Below, in pieces: positions 38,403-50,965 of a stretch of DNA of 64,000 nt; the stretch's first letter is position 1, and each line of letters begins with the position of its first letter. The position numbers were made by a program, and so were the translations under genes. Location: NCBI GenBank assembly GCA_951406725.2, contig OX597818.1, forward strand, positions 118,668,001 to 118,732,000, given 5' to 3'. The notes below the pieces were generated by a model. The model was given only the letters and a program-made list of their open reading frames with translations. It did not search any database and was not told the DNA's origin. The DNA is from Octopus vulgaris. Taxonomy: Eukaryota.

Positions 38403-38429
38403 GTACGTATGTATGTATATTTGTATAAG

Positions 38430-38900
38430 TCTATTACTTAGATTTAGAGGCTCTCACGTCTTGAGACGCACGCGAGAGTCAAGTTGCCCCACAGATCACT
38501 GTTCGTTGAGTCTATCAAGACGTTATTCCATGTTCCTTTCAATCAGCTGCATGTCCCTCACTGATTGTTTTGTGCCAAATCCTATTCGGGCATCGTCACT
38601 GTCCCTTTTACATAGGTTTTTCACTGAACGATTTCTTTGATGAATCTTTCGCGTGAGAGTCGTATTACGCGATCCAGCCTCCCCGGACGGCTTTTACACG
38701 CAGATTTATGTAAAGTTTGTCGGTTGGTCTTTGTTCCAGTTCTTAGTTTGTGTTCAAGTCACTCCATTTGAATGTATGCATTTACTATGAAAACCATCCA
38801 ATCTCTTCTCTTGTGTGTTTTACATCTACCACGTTGGGCACTCATAAGGTAGAAATGCCAGCATATTACTGCTGTAGAACCACATGATTTTTGCTTGGCT
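38430..38900 (-). mobile_element. heavily degenerate RTE-clade LINE 3' fragment
   Basis: ECPTW*M*NTQEKRLDGFHSKC..LDRVIRLSRERFIK..TWNNV..LWGNL..CVSRRESL*, followed by a microsatellite tail. Confidence 0.7.
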
Positions 38901-39825
38901 GGAACAATGTTTTAGCCCAATGAAGAAAACCAACAGCGTAGAGAAGAAATCTGCTTTCAGCATATATAATGAACTGAGTTTGGTTGACGGCAACAACAAT
39001 ACTAGTTTGAAGACTGCATTGGGAATTTCCTCTCATGCAAAGACAGATTGGTGGGTATACATTATGGTAGTGTTTTCAGCTTAAAAGCAGGACGTTTTCC
39101 ATTAGGGATTCTAATGGGTCATTGGAGTAAGGCAAAAGAGTCACACAATACTATCAATATGTTACTTTGATTGGTACGTTATGTTGAATTGAAGTAGAAA
39201 GCTGGAGGTGACTTGAAGCTCTTAGGTTTTCAACTGGAATTCCAAAGGGTTATACGAACTTTTGCTCCTTCATGTATGTACGCCTATATGTATACATGTG
39301 TGCATGTGTGTATACGTGTGTATTTTTGAATGTATCACCTTCTTTATATCAAAAAAGGGCGACCCAAACTATAAGAATAAAATTCTAAAACCTTTATATA
39401 GATTTTAAAACTTGGGGTTTTACGCAGGAAACGTTCGGCAAATACTCTTGCTCCTCCATTAAGGAAAATGAAGACAAACGAATATAAAAGCAAAGAAGGA
39501 AGAAGGGGAAAAGATTGGGAAAGTTTAATGGGATCATTTGGATAGGCGTAAGTAAATTCTATATTTTGTGAACATAAAGGTGATATATTTTCTTTTCTGT
39601 CTTTCACATTGATACACTTCAGATTGAGCAATGGAAGAGAAATTAGATCAAAATAATTAAGAATTATTGATTTAAAGCAGAGAAGTTTAATTAGGTTTCC
39701 TAATTATATAATGGAAGTCGTTAATTTCAAGGTATTAAACTATAAAGTGATTATAAAAATTAAGTTAGAAGATACAATAGAAAATTATCCAAATAAACAG
39801 ATAAATTTGTTATATAATTACAAAC

Positions 39826-39935
39826 GGAACTAAGTGAAATATAGGAAAGCTAATACAAAAAGGAAATGACGGAACAAATAGGAACTAAGTGAAATATAGG
39901 AAAGCTAAAACCAAAAGGAAATGACGGAATAAATA
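39826..39935 (+). repeat. 55-bp tandem duplication
   Basis: GGAACTAAGTGAAATATAGGAAAGCTAA..AAAAGGAAATGACGGAA.AAATA occurs twice. Confidence 0.93.
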
Positions 39936-40224
39936 AAAAGAAAGATTAATTGTGAAAGCCGGATATGCACTGTGGTATAGATATTCGTTTAACTTCAAGT
40001 ATATTCGTATCATATTCGTACGGATTGCAGGCGAAAATCTAGCAGAGATGGAATAGGGCCCGGAACATTATTTTGCCTTAGCTATAGCACAGGTTAAGTC
40101 TTTTTAAATTCATTTTCTCGGTTTTGTATCAGTAAATTATGCTGTGGGTGTGAACCCAGAATCATGTTGTTAGGAAGCAGGTTCCGTACCACGCAGCCAC
40201 GTTTGTGCCAATAAATACATAAAT

Positions 40225-40420
<196 letters not shown>

Positions 40421-40686
40421 TTGAGGAATATTATTTCTAACTTCAGGGAAAATTCAACTTAGAAATACTAAATCAAATTTCACAAAATATAATATATATT
40501 TAAAAATTAGAAAAAACACCTTATGAATTCAAAATGAACGATTAACTTACACCATCTAGAAAACTACATATAATAGAAATATTAAATATAAAATAACAAT
40601 AATATACTGATGATTAAGTAAATTGCAAAATAATAAATAAACCTATATATTTAATATATATATATATATATATATATAGATATATT

Positions 40687-40867
40687 ATTTGAATATGTAA
40701 CCCTAGTGAATGCTACTGATTAGCCAGGAACCTCCTCCAGCGGTATAGACACACTTTCTGTGCCCTATCAGTATTTTCAAATACTGATAGGGCACAGAAA
40801 GTGTATCTATAGCCAGCTGGAGGAGGGTCCCTGCTACAAACTGTACTCACCCTTAGTATATTCAAAT
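40687..40867. repeat. long fold-back hairpin
   Basis: 33-bp inner arms 40744-40776 and 40779-40811 (1 mismatch, 2-nt spacer); outer pairs CCTCCTCCAGC/GCTGGAGGAGG and ATTTGAATAT/ATATTCAAAT. Confidence 0.92.
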
Positions 40868-41642
40868 GGCAAATATATCACGATGTGTTGCTGCTACTGT
40901 TTATAACTCCTCTGAGATTTATCATTGTTATATATATATATATATATAAATGTATGTATGAATGCATTATGTATGTATAAATTTAACGTACTTATACATG
41001 TACATTGTTTATTGTTATTTGGTATTTGTTCAATTTCCAGAAGAAGATGATTTTAATCAATCAAGTGATTTTATTGTAAGGAGTTTGATATACCACTATT
41101 TCTCTATCTTCTTCAAGCCGATAGCACTGGCCAAACTGAATTATTTTTGTTAGATAATTTTTGTACATATTTTTTAAATTACCTACACGATAAGAGTTTT
41201 CTACACATTTGTTATATACCTAAGGCCCTTGAGTACTGGCGATAAGATCGGTCATTTTTCGTGCCGATGGGAGCTATAGAACCTCAAACTCATGTCTGCT
41301 AACATGAAACATTTATCTTAATACATTAACCATAATGTATTAACCATAATCTGCAGTGTCCGAAATTCTTCAATACCTTACTATTACGGGAAGAAATATT
41401 TATTGTTAGTGGGTGTATTAGCAAAAGAATTAGGAGAATCTCAGTAATGCAGATCTTATGAGTTTATTTGTTTTAAGTGCATCATTTTAACAGAGTATTC
41501 TTCGTTTTCATATTTTAGAATAAGAGAGTGAATTTCTTCGTTTTCTTTTTCGCTTTTTGGAATAAATTCAAGGCGTATGTTTTGGGTGATTACAAGGAAG
41601 AACGCATAGTTAAATATGAGTCTTAAATAATACGCCTTACCT

Positions 41643-41830
41643 AAGGCGGCAAGCTGATAGACACATTAGCGCACCGAAAAAAAAAACCTCAATGGCTTTT
41701 TGTCCGGCCTTACGTTCTATATTTAAATGTCACCGTGATAGATCTGTCTTTTATCCTTTTTTAGGATTAATAAAATGATCACTTGTCGGGCAGTGAGATC
41801 GATGCATCGACTTATCCTAATCCCCAAAAT
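41643..41830 (+). mobile_element. degenerate SINE family B
   Basis: AAGGCGGCAAGCTGATAG head. Confidence 0.65.
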
Positions 41831-43051
41831 TGTTGAGATAAAAACCAAATTTACCTCCCAGGAGGATAAATCAGCCGAATCGTTGTGTAAACAACAAACA
41901 AAATGAAGAAAAATATACGTCGAATGTAAATAATGAGAAATAATGTACATGATACCTCATCTCTTTAGCATAGAACTGTATAAAAGCCAAAATTTAAAGC
42001 CAATATATACCTTAACAAAGTTATCGGTTTTAAGGTACCGTACATTTAACTGGACAGCAGGAATTTGTAAATTAATTAGCATTGGCCGTCATACAGGACA
42101 AATATTACGCTTAAAACCTTTTTAGTAATTATTAATTTTCCTTCTACCGAAGTGCTTCAATTTCAAGAGTTTAAATGATACAAGAATTGAAAGTGGAAAT
42201 CCTTTTTATGTTTCCTTGTTTTATTTTGAATATCCATATTAAGTATGTAATTTCTGTCATACATTTATAAAACTTAAGTATTTCTAATAAATATGGCTTT
42301 ATGAATGTGATATCATTCCAACATATATTATTACAAATATTTTGTTGGATTTGCTTAGTGGACATGTGTGCGAGCGCCTCATATTATTTCCATGTTCGAG
42401 GTGAAACGGCTGGTATTTTAAGAAGCCTCTTTATACGTTATCTATCCGTAGAACTTGGAGTGAAGACTTGGACTATAACGTTTAAGAACCTTCTGAGATA
42501 AATATTCATAAATGTACACATTCACATACCTCACCCCGCACACACACATACAGAAAATGGATACGTTGATAGTCAAAGCTTCACATAAACGGAACCTGCA
42601 GTTTCTTGCCTTAATGTTTTCGAGTGGAGCACTGTTTTTATTTAAGATACTTGTAGAAAAGTCATGTAAAGTGTGAGTTAGTGGCAGAAAATGCATACGT
42701 TGACTGGAAATTGAAACAGCTAAGTAGTGTAAGCTCAGTAATTGATAAATGTCTTTACATCTATTATGCGTTTGTATATATCGACGGAGGTTTGAGGAGT
42801 TACATTTTTCAGAAATCATAGATTACATTTAATACCGTTCTCCCTTTCTTTCACTATGCCTTTACACAGTCACGTTATATTTGGATATACTTCTACGTAA
42901 AACGTATCGAGATATATTCAAATATTTACATTTAAGTATACACACTTTTAACTGCTTGCATCTGATTTTCTTCCTCCGTCTTCAGTTTCCTTTTGTCTGA
43001 TTTTTTTTTCTATTCTCATATACGAGGTATTTGTTTTAGAAATATCATAAA

Positions 43052-43426
43052 CTGGCAGTATCGCCCGGCGTTGTTCGGGTTTGTTTCGACCCTTTAGAAT
43101 TGGAATTTTTGAAAAGTAAAAATTTTGCATTATGTAGGTTGTTATTCTCTTTAAGTGAACATTTTCTGGTTGAAATACACCTAAAACTAGCGACACAGCA
43201 GTCAAAAAATCGTTAAAATAGGGATTTTCATAGAAAAAAGCACCTTCTTGATGTAAATAATTTTTGGTCTTAACATTTTCTGATTTGAATTTTATCTACT
43301 ACGGAAAGAAGAGCAAGCCTTCTTCTATCATACTCTCAATTTTGGTCAACTTGTGCCGCAAGGCCTCGAAGGAGATAGTGTTTGTTTTCTGCCATACACA
43401 GACAACTTCGGCTTTGTATATATAGA
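43052..43426 (-). mobile_element. non-autonomous Helitron-like element
   Basis: Minus strand starts A|TCTATATATAC, ends with subterminal hairpin CCCGAACAACGCCGGG then GCCAG|T (consensus CTAG); A|T target and no TSD. Confidence 0.7.
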
Positions 43427-43944
43427 TTTGCAATTTCCAAATACTTTTTATTATAAACGTTGACCAAGTTTAAACGCATTTTGCTAATATTTTACTTCCA
43501 TATTTGTTCAGATTCATCATATTTAATGAATACTTTTACTTTAATTGTATTTTCATAAAATAAAATTAATGAACTCCATTATATCATCGTTTAGTTTTAA
43601 TTAGTCATTCTACAAACTATATTATCAGAAAAATCATTTAAATCAACGACGCCATTTTTAATTCTATTAGATTCTCTAAGTTACCGGTTATATTTGTTTT
43701 ATTTGTCGTAATTGTCATCAGCCCATGAACGAATTAAAATTTAGATCTTATTTTATCTCGTATATTTTTCCTAATTTTCATTATTTATTATTCTTTTCTA
43801 ATCCGGGAACACATTTATAACCCTTACATTCGCTCTTTAAAAACACCTTATTATTGAAATTACATTGTTATATAACAAAGTTTATTTGCGCATTTGTAAA
43901 TTTGGAAGTTAAGTACTAAGAAATTTAATATTATCTTCTTCATT

Positions 43945-44390
43945 AGGACGGTGAGTTAGCAGAATCATTAGCACACCGAGCAAACTGCTTAGCGACATTT
44001 CGTCCGACTTTACGATCTGAGTTCAAATTCCACCGGGTTCGACATTGCCTTTGATTCTTTCGGGTCGATAAAATAAGTACCAATTTACCAGTTGTATCGA
44101 TGAAATTGGCTTAAGCCCACCCAGGAAATTGCTGGCCTTGAGCCAAAATTTGAAATCAATATCATATTCTTCATTCAGAACGTGAGCTGACTAAACCATT
44201 AGCACGCCAGGCAAGTTATCCAGCGGCATTTTAATGTTTACGTTCTGAGTTCAAATTCCGCTGAGGTCAACTTTGCCTTTGATTCCTTTCACCGGTCGAT
44301 AAAATAAGTACCCATTATGTACTATGGTCGCTGTAACCCACTTGTTCTGTCCCTCGAACATGTTGTCCCCAGGCAAAATTTTAAGGCAAT
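43945..44390 (+). mobile_element. two tandem degenerate SINE family B copies
   Basis: TCTGAGTTCAAATTCC..GCCTTTGATTC..GTCGATAAAATAAGTACC occurs twice. Confidence 0.82.
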
Positions 44391-45579
44391 AGTAATGCGA
44401 AATTTTGGCTTTAAATTAAAATATAACGTGAAAACGTTTTCACTTAGCCTTCCTACATACAATTTCATACCCAACTCTTACCCTAATTTTCAATATCCTT
44501 TCCATTTACATTTCGTAATTTTTTTCACACTTTCGTTATTCTCCCTCCTAAGAATGTAATTTCCGTCATGCGAATATATAAAACTTAAGTATTTCTAATA
44601 ACTATGGCTTTATAAATGTGATGTGATATCATTCCAACATATATTATTGCAAATATTTTGTTAGATTTGTCTAGTGGACATGTGTGCGAGCGCCTTATAT
44701 TATTTCCATGTTCGAGGTGAAACGGCTTGTATTTTAAGAAGAGGCCTTTTCATACGTTATCTATCCGTAGAATTTGGAGTGAAGAGTTGGACTATTACGT
44801 TCAAGAACCTTCTGAGATAACATTTTACATTAGATTATTTCCTTTTACATACGGCATATGTCTTTCGGTCTTTTCTTCTCTATTTGTGAGTGTGTATATG
44901 TGTATGCGAGGCGGGGTATGTAAATGTGTACGTTTATGAATATTTTTATGATAAACCGGTACACTTGAAAGCTGGTTTTCCATTCTTTCTTGGTCTTTCA
45001 TGATCACGTTCCTGTATAGTACGGATTTCATTAAGCCCGACATTTATAGACTATGTTTGAATTAAGTTTCAACAATCAAAGTTCAATATCACACATAAAT
45101 TATTCACACAAACTATAATCATCTCAATAATATTCGCTAGTAAACAAATCGTATCTGCCATTTGTTTGATTGTATTTTTTTTTCTCTCACTTAATTATAA
45201 ATTAGTCTTCTCTGTTATAACTGCTTTTAGAATTATTATTCAAAGAAACGTAACACATTTCAGTAGACGTGTTTAAGGTTATTTCTAATATTATGTAGCA
45301 AAGATCGAAATACGGGTTCAGAACTATGAAATAACGTATATATTGTATCTAACGTTACTGGACAAATATAAGGACATTGTCCACCAAGCTTTGAAAACTA
45401 ACATCATAATTCCTCACTTTGTTAATACCCTTATGAATTTCCACAAATAAAAAATATTTCGGATGATAGGTTCACAATTTGTTCCCAAATTTTTTTTTTA
45501 TAAATTTTACTAAACTTTCCACTATAATCAATCATTCATTGTCCACAACAGAATCTGGGATAATAAATTCTTTCCTATT

Positions 45580-45779
45580 TAATTTTGGCAAAATTGAAGG
45601 GAGGGCACAATTAGAATACATCGTCCCTTGTGCTCAACCGGCAATTCTGCTATCCATCCCGAAAGAGCGAAAGGCAAAGTTGACCTCGGCGGGATTCGAT
45701 CTTAGCATTTAAAAAGCCGGAAGAAATAACGCTAAGTATTTCTGTTCGACGTGCTAAAGACTCTGCCTGGACGTTGTCT
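45580..45779 (-). mobile_element. degenerate SINE family B
   Basis: AAAGGCAAAGTTGACCTCGGCGGGATTCGA core. Confidence 0.7.
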
Positions 45780-46390
45780 GGATCTTTACATTTTGGCCTG
45801 CAGATTTAAAAGATATTTTTTTGTAACTGAACATTTTCACACTTCGGACACTGGTAGATTGTGTCATATAAAACATGTTTTATCTTAGCATTTTTGAGAA
45901 AAACTTATATTTACGAAGTTATTTCGCATTAAAGTTCTACTATTTCGGTAATATCAACCAATCACTGACGTGTATTCAGCTGAATAAAATTAATGCTGTT
46001 GTTTGTCAACAAGAACTTCCTTTGTCACTATTATTTATGACAACCCTAAAACCCTAACCCTAACCCTAAAATCCTAACCCTAAAACCTTAAAACCAGTAC
46101 AAACGCACGAACGATGTCATAAATATCAGTGACAAACGAAAAATACACCGCTGATAGTTGTTTACAAACAACGGCAGTAAATTTATTCAGCTGATACACG
46201 TCATTGATTGGTTGAAATCACCAAATTACGAGGACTTTGACGTGAAATATCTTCATAAATATAAGCTTTTCTCAAAAATGCTAAGAGTAGAAGATGTTTT
46301 ATATGACACATTCTACCAGTGTACTAAGTTTGAAAGTGTTTAGTTACAAAAAATTATTGTTTAAATCTGTTGGTCAAAAGGTAACGATCC
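45780..46390. mobile_element. MITE with about 240-bp imperfect TIRs (GGATC..GATCC), central telomere-like repeats and a degenerate 8-bp TSD; Merlin-like
   Basis: Arms 45780-46012 and 46158-46390; flanks CGTTGTCT and CGATGCCT (6/8 identical); AACCCTAA repeats at 46043-46092. Confidence 0.8.
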
Positions 46391-47141
46391 CGATGCCTCA
46401 GTCTAAGGTGTTATAAGTCAAAAACAAACAATTAATAACTGGTTGGTATCGGTGTAAATTATTTCACCCAGCAGTAATTTGTCCATTGATAACTACTTGC
46501 ATGACTACAAACTAATAGTTCAGTTTTCGTATCTATACCAACCGTAATTGGATCCTTACGCCAAATGGTCAGAGTTAGTTAATTGTCTTCTGAACAACAA
46601 TCTTAGATTTTGATGACACTAACAAGATTTGATGTACGTATACGAAAGAGACACTGAAGATTAAGCTGTACATTTTTACACTAAGTTGCATACTTAAATT
46701 CAACACCACATACGTCAATTCTTCTAGAAATTCTGCCATTTACATTAGTTTTATTATCTGTATTCTTTACTTATTTATTTCTAAGTAGAATCATGTGATA
46801 TTTAGAGTCAATTAACTACATATAAGACGAATTGTGTACATTCACATTGTTATTTGGAAACCTTTTGGCTTACACCTCCATCGGAGTTTTATACGTAGTG
46901 TGTATACACGTGGACCACAGAATCACGTAATTATTGTCTTAGCTGTGATATCTCCTGCCGAGTGGATTCTATACATTGATAAAGAGTAACAAGCTAGATA
47001 AGCTATTTATAGATTTAATATGAAGAGTCAAAGAAGGTCAGAGTATCGTCATAAGGAATCTGATTAATACGGTATGACGAAAACATAAATATGAACAAAT
47101 TCTGATTTGCTAGTTCTTATGGTTACACTCATAAGGCGGGT

Positions 47142-47385
47142 TGGCGTGTGGCTTGGTGGTTAAGGTGTTAGACTCATGAACATAAGATTGAATTTTCGAT
47201 TCCTGATCCGGGCGATTAATTGTGTCATTGAGCAAAACACTACGTGTGTCGTTGCTCCAGTTCACTCATCTTCCAAACATCAGTAATTCTGCGATGAAAT
47301 GGTATCCCGTTCAAGGGGAGAATATTCACACCTCAGAATCCGGGAAAATGGCCTTATATATTAAAGGCTCGTGAAGGACATTTGA
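47142..47385 (+). mobile_element. tRNA-derived SINE, family C head with V-domain-like segment
   Basis: GGCTTGGTGGTTAAGG, TTCGATTCC, TTGCTCCAGTTCACTCA, CTGCGATGAAATGGTATCCCGTTCAAGGGG. Confidence 0.7.
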
Positions 47386-47534
47386 TCCTTTATAACAAAA
47401 TTAAAAGTAAACAGTATACATTGGGAAAAGCATAGTCATTGGGTTGTGACGTTCAGGTGTTTACATAGAGCATAAAATGAATAAATAATCTATCGGCATT
47501 TCATTTTTTCTTATGTTCGGATGAAAAAGCTTAA

Positions 47535-48350
47535 TAGGGAGGGATGAAAAGTTTATAGGCTGACCACGATGCAATCGTCGAACTTGACCAAATATGCTTT
47601 ATTTTTCGACATGGCCTCCCCTGCAGCCCATACGATTCTTCCATCGATGTTGCAGCGCTTGGAATCCCGTGATATAGAAACTCTAATCCTGACCCTCAAA
47701 AAGTCCCCAACAGCAGATATGACCTCATCATCGGTTCGATACTACTTCGCAGCCATGATTTTTTTCTTATGTTGGAGAACAGAAAATAATCAGATGGTGC
47801 CAAATCAGAATAGCCAGTTCAAAGCCACAGTCGCGCACATCAGCCAATACAACCACAGAGTTGTTTGCAAGATCATTGTCCTGGTGAAGCAGAAACCGGT
47901 TCGTCTGATTAATATTTAAACGTCTGTCATGCATCAAAATGTGGTGAACACGGTCGACGTTCTATTGGGTGGTGGCTGTGACAGGGCGTCTGAACTTTGG
48001 ATCTTCTTCAAGACTCTCCCTAACCCCCTTGAATTCAGCTGCCCACTTTTACACAATTGATAGAGCTGAACCATCATCTAATGTAGACACCATGTCAGCA
48101 TGAAAGTCTTTGGGGATTAACCTCTTTCTCTGCAGATATTTGATAACACCACGGTGCCAAGTTTTATCCATTTTCCCGAAATGTCTCTAGTACCACTTTT
48201 CCAAGTGCTCAATTCTTTATCTAGTGTGGGTTTATCTGGAACTGGAAAACGCAGTTAGCATCAGTAAAGGTTGAATTTAACGCATGCCGAGTTTAATTTC
48301 TATATAACTCCTTCTTAGTCAGCCCATGAACTTTTCAACCCACCTTTGTA
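47535..48350 (-). mobile_element. internally deleted mariner transposon (transposase pseudogene, both TIRs)
   Basis: N-terminus MDKTWHRGVIKYLQRKRLIPKDFHADMV..KWAAEFKGVRESLEEDPKFRRP from about 48171; C-terminus YRTDDEVISAV..FYITGFQALQHRW..GGHVEK*; TIRs GATGAAAAGTTTATAGGCTGAC and GTCAGCCCATGAACTTTTCAAC. Confidence 0.9.
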
Positions 48351-49639
48351 TATGCTAATCATTATCAATGATATCATGGAAAATATATGACCGCCCTTGC
48401 AATAGACATTGAGGAAACTGAAGACATTCCAAACGTTTAAGCCAGAAAAATCTAATAACTGTAGACGAATGTATAATACGTGATACACGGATTAGGCATC
48501 GCAACAGTACTATAAAACCGGTAACTACAGGAGACAGAATGGCAACAAAAATAGTGAAAATGTACAAACTATACCGTGGTCGGAATTAGTTATAGATTAA
48601 ATGGAACCAAACATACAATATACAGTAAACAGTGTACGAAATAAGATGAGAAAAGATTTCCCTAAATATTCAAACTTACAGAATTCGCAGACATAATTAT
48701 TTTTCATGGAAATTCTCTGGAGACGCATAGGCCAGGCTGTAGAGATTGTTCTTACACTGTAATAAAATATTGCCACAAGAAATAATACAAAGTAATTTAA
48801 CTGAATCTCTCTCTATATATATATACATAGGTTCATTACGTGTGTTTGTGCGTATTGCTGTATATGTGTGGTTGTGTGTACAGCGGCATTCTTCCATACA
48901 CATATATACACATAACGATTCTGCGTGGATTGCAATCTATTGAGAAAATGAATGAAATTAAATACAGTGAATACAAAATACATTAAGTTTAATACGATAT
49001 CTTCTTCCAAAAACTTGCAACCTGCAGACAGGTATTATATTTATAGGTCACTTTTTGTGAATAATTATCTTCAAATAATTTTTGTGGAGATACTCACTGT
49101 TTCTTTTTAATCATTTCCGAAACCCTACAATACGACACGGTGACAGATGTACCAACGCCTCTATTTGCTAAGGTGAAATATTTATTTTATGTACATCTGA
49201 CACTGAAGATCAAAGCATTTATTATAAATTAGCTTCTAGGCTGTAACACAAATATGTTAAGCGTTATTTTCCTGAATAGTCCTTGGAATGGATGTTTTAT
49301 ACTTTGTTTTAACGATTTCTTTCTACTAACAGTGCTTCAACATTTTTCAGGGGTTAATCTAAATTGTCCCTCACTGCGTTTAAGCAGCTTTTCTATTAAA
49401 TTACCATCTAAGCATATCCAAGATATATTTCTAACGCATTCGTTCCATATATAGAACCAAAACAACTATACTACTATCATTCCGGAAACGAATGTTAAAC
49501 TTCAGCAGTGATTCATCGTTACTGCCATCCTAAAAACAATTGCTTCTTAATCCTATATCATAAACCTGAAATTCATGCTTTGCCAGTTAATAGAAACTTT
49601 TCTTGTAATTTAATTACCTATGACGCAGAGGTTTGTCTT

Positions 49640-50000
49640 TAGCGCGTAAAAACTATGATTTGCAACCACTATATTGTTAGGAATTCGGTTTTACTGTGCG
49701 GCGGCATGAGATTTTGACTTTCAGAGCATAGCCCAGACCCGATTGTGGAGTATATTTGGGAGAGGAAACTTTAAAAGATACCAATCGCAAAATACGTATA
49801 TTTATTTGTGTGTATGTGTGTGCACGTCTTGTGATTGATTTCCTACCGCTTAAGAAAAGAGGTTACATCGTTTATATTCGCGAACATTAGCGATTCATTG
49901 AGTGAAACCGACAAAGTCATATCAATACATTTAATTATTGGTGATACGGTAGGTTTTATTGCATAAACCGATTAAGGCTGGGATTCTGCAAGGTCATGCA
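49640..50000 (+). mobile_element. very old family A-like SINE
   Basis: Colinear traces: GCAACCAC, TTGTGGAG..GGAAACT, internal TG tract, TTAGCG.TTC..AACCGA. Confidence 0.45.
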
Positions 50001-50215
50001 AGTTTCATGAGGGAATGAAATCAATTTATAAAAGAATTAAAGGGTCATAGATGTGCTGACTTTCAGGGCCTGATACATTTATAACTGGGGTATTTTGTTT
50101 TTGTCTTTGTTTCTTTAGATGCAACGTCTACTCACACGATCATTTGTTTCGTGTTTTTTTTTTTCTGTGAACACCTAAGACAAATATCTTGCATTAATAT
50201 TTTTCTTTTGAAGAA

Positions 50216-50420
50216 AACGGGGAGCTGACAGAAACGTTAGCACACCGGGTGAAATGCGTAGCCGTATTTCGTCTGTCTTTACGTTCTGAGTTCAAATTTC
50301 GCCGAGGTCGACTCTGACTTTCATCCTTTCTGGATCGATAAATTAAGTACCAGTTGCCAACTGGGGTTGGTCTAATCGACAAGACCCAAACGTTTCGGGC
50401 CTTGTTCATAAAGTAGAAAT
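50216..50420 (+). mobile_element. SINE family B
   Basis: GAGCTGACAGAAACGTTAGCAC..GTTCTGAGTTCAAATTTCGCCGAGGTCGAC. Confidence 0.88.
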
Positions 50421-50484
50421 CACTATTTCTCTCTTCATCTGAAAGAGGCATTCTATGATAGTTGTGCTATATATATATGTGTGT

Positions 50485-50521
<37 letters not shown>

Positions 50522-50536
50522 CTGTTATATTTCACA

Positions 50537-50965
50537 CTTTTACTTTTTTACTTGTTTCAGTCATTTTACTACGGCCATGCTGGAGCACCGCCTTCAGAGG
50601 ATTTTATCGAAAAAATCGACCTCAGCTTATTCTTGTAAAGACTAGTTCTTATTTTATCGGTCTATTTTGCCGAGCCGCAAAACGTAAACACACCAACATT
50701 ACTTGTCAAGCGATAGTGTGTGTGTGGGGGGGGAGGCTAACATAGACACAAGACCCACACATATAAATATATACATATATATATTCATACATATAAATAC
50801 ATACGACAAGCTTCTTTCAGTTTCCATCTACTAAATCTAATCACAGGGCATTGCTCGACCCTAGACTGTAGCAGAAAACCCTTCCCTAAGGTGCCACGCA
50901 GTGGGACTGAACGAGAAATCATGTGGTTGGTAAGTAAGCTTCTTGCCATACTGCCACGCCTACGC
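50537..50965 (-). mobile_element. SINE family A
   Basis: Homology to the other family A copies. Confidence 0.88.

Larger units (their letters stand above)
42244..44820 (+). repeat. about 260-bp dispersed direct repeat (42244-42500 and 44554-44820)
   Basis: Shared AAACTTAAGTATTTCTAATAA..GGACATGTGTGCGAGCGCC..GTTCGAGGTGAAACGGC..AGAACCTTCTGAGATAA. Confidence 0.92.
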
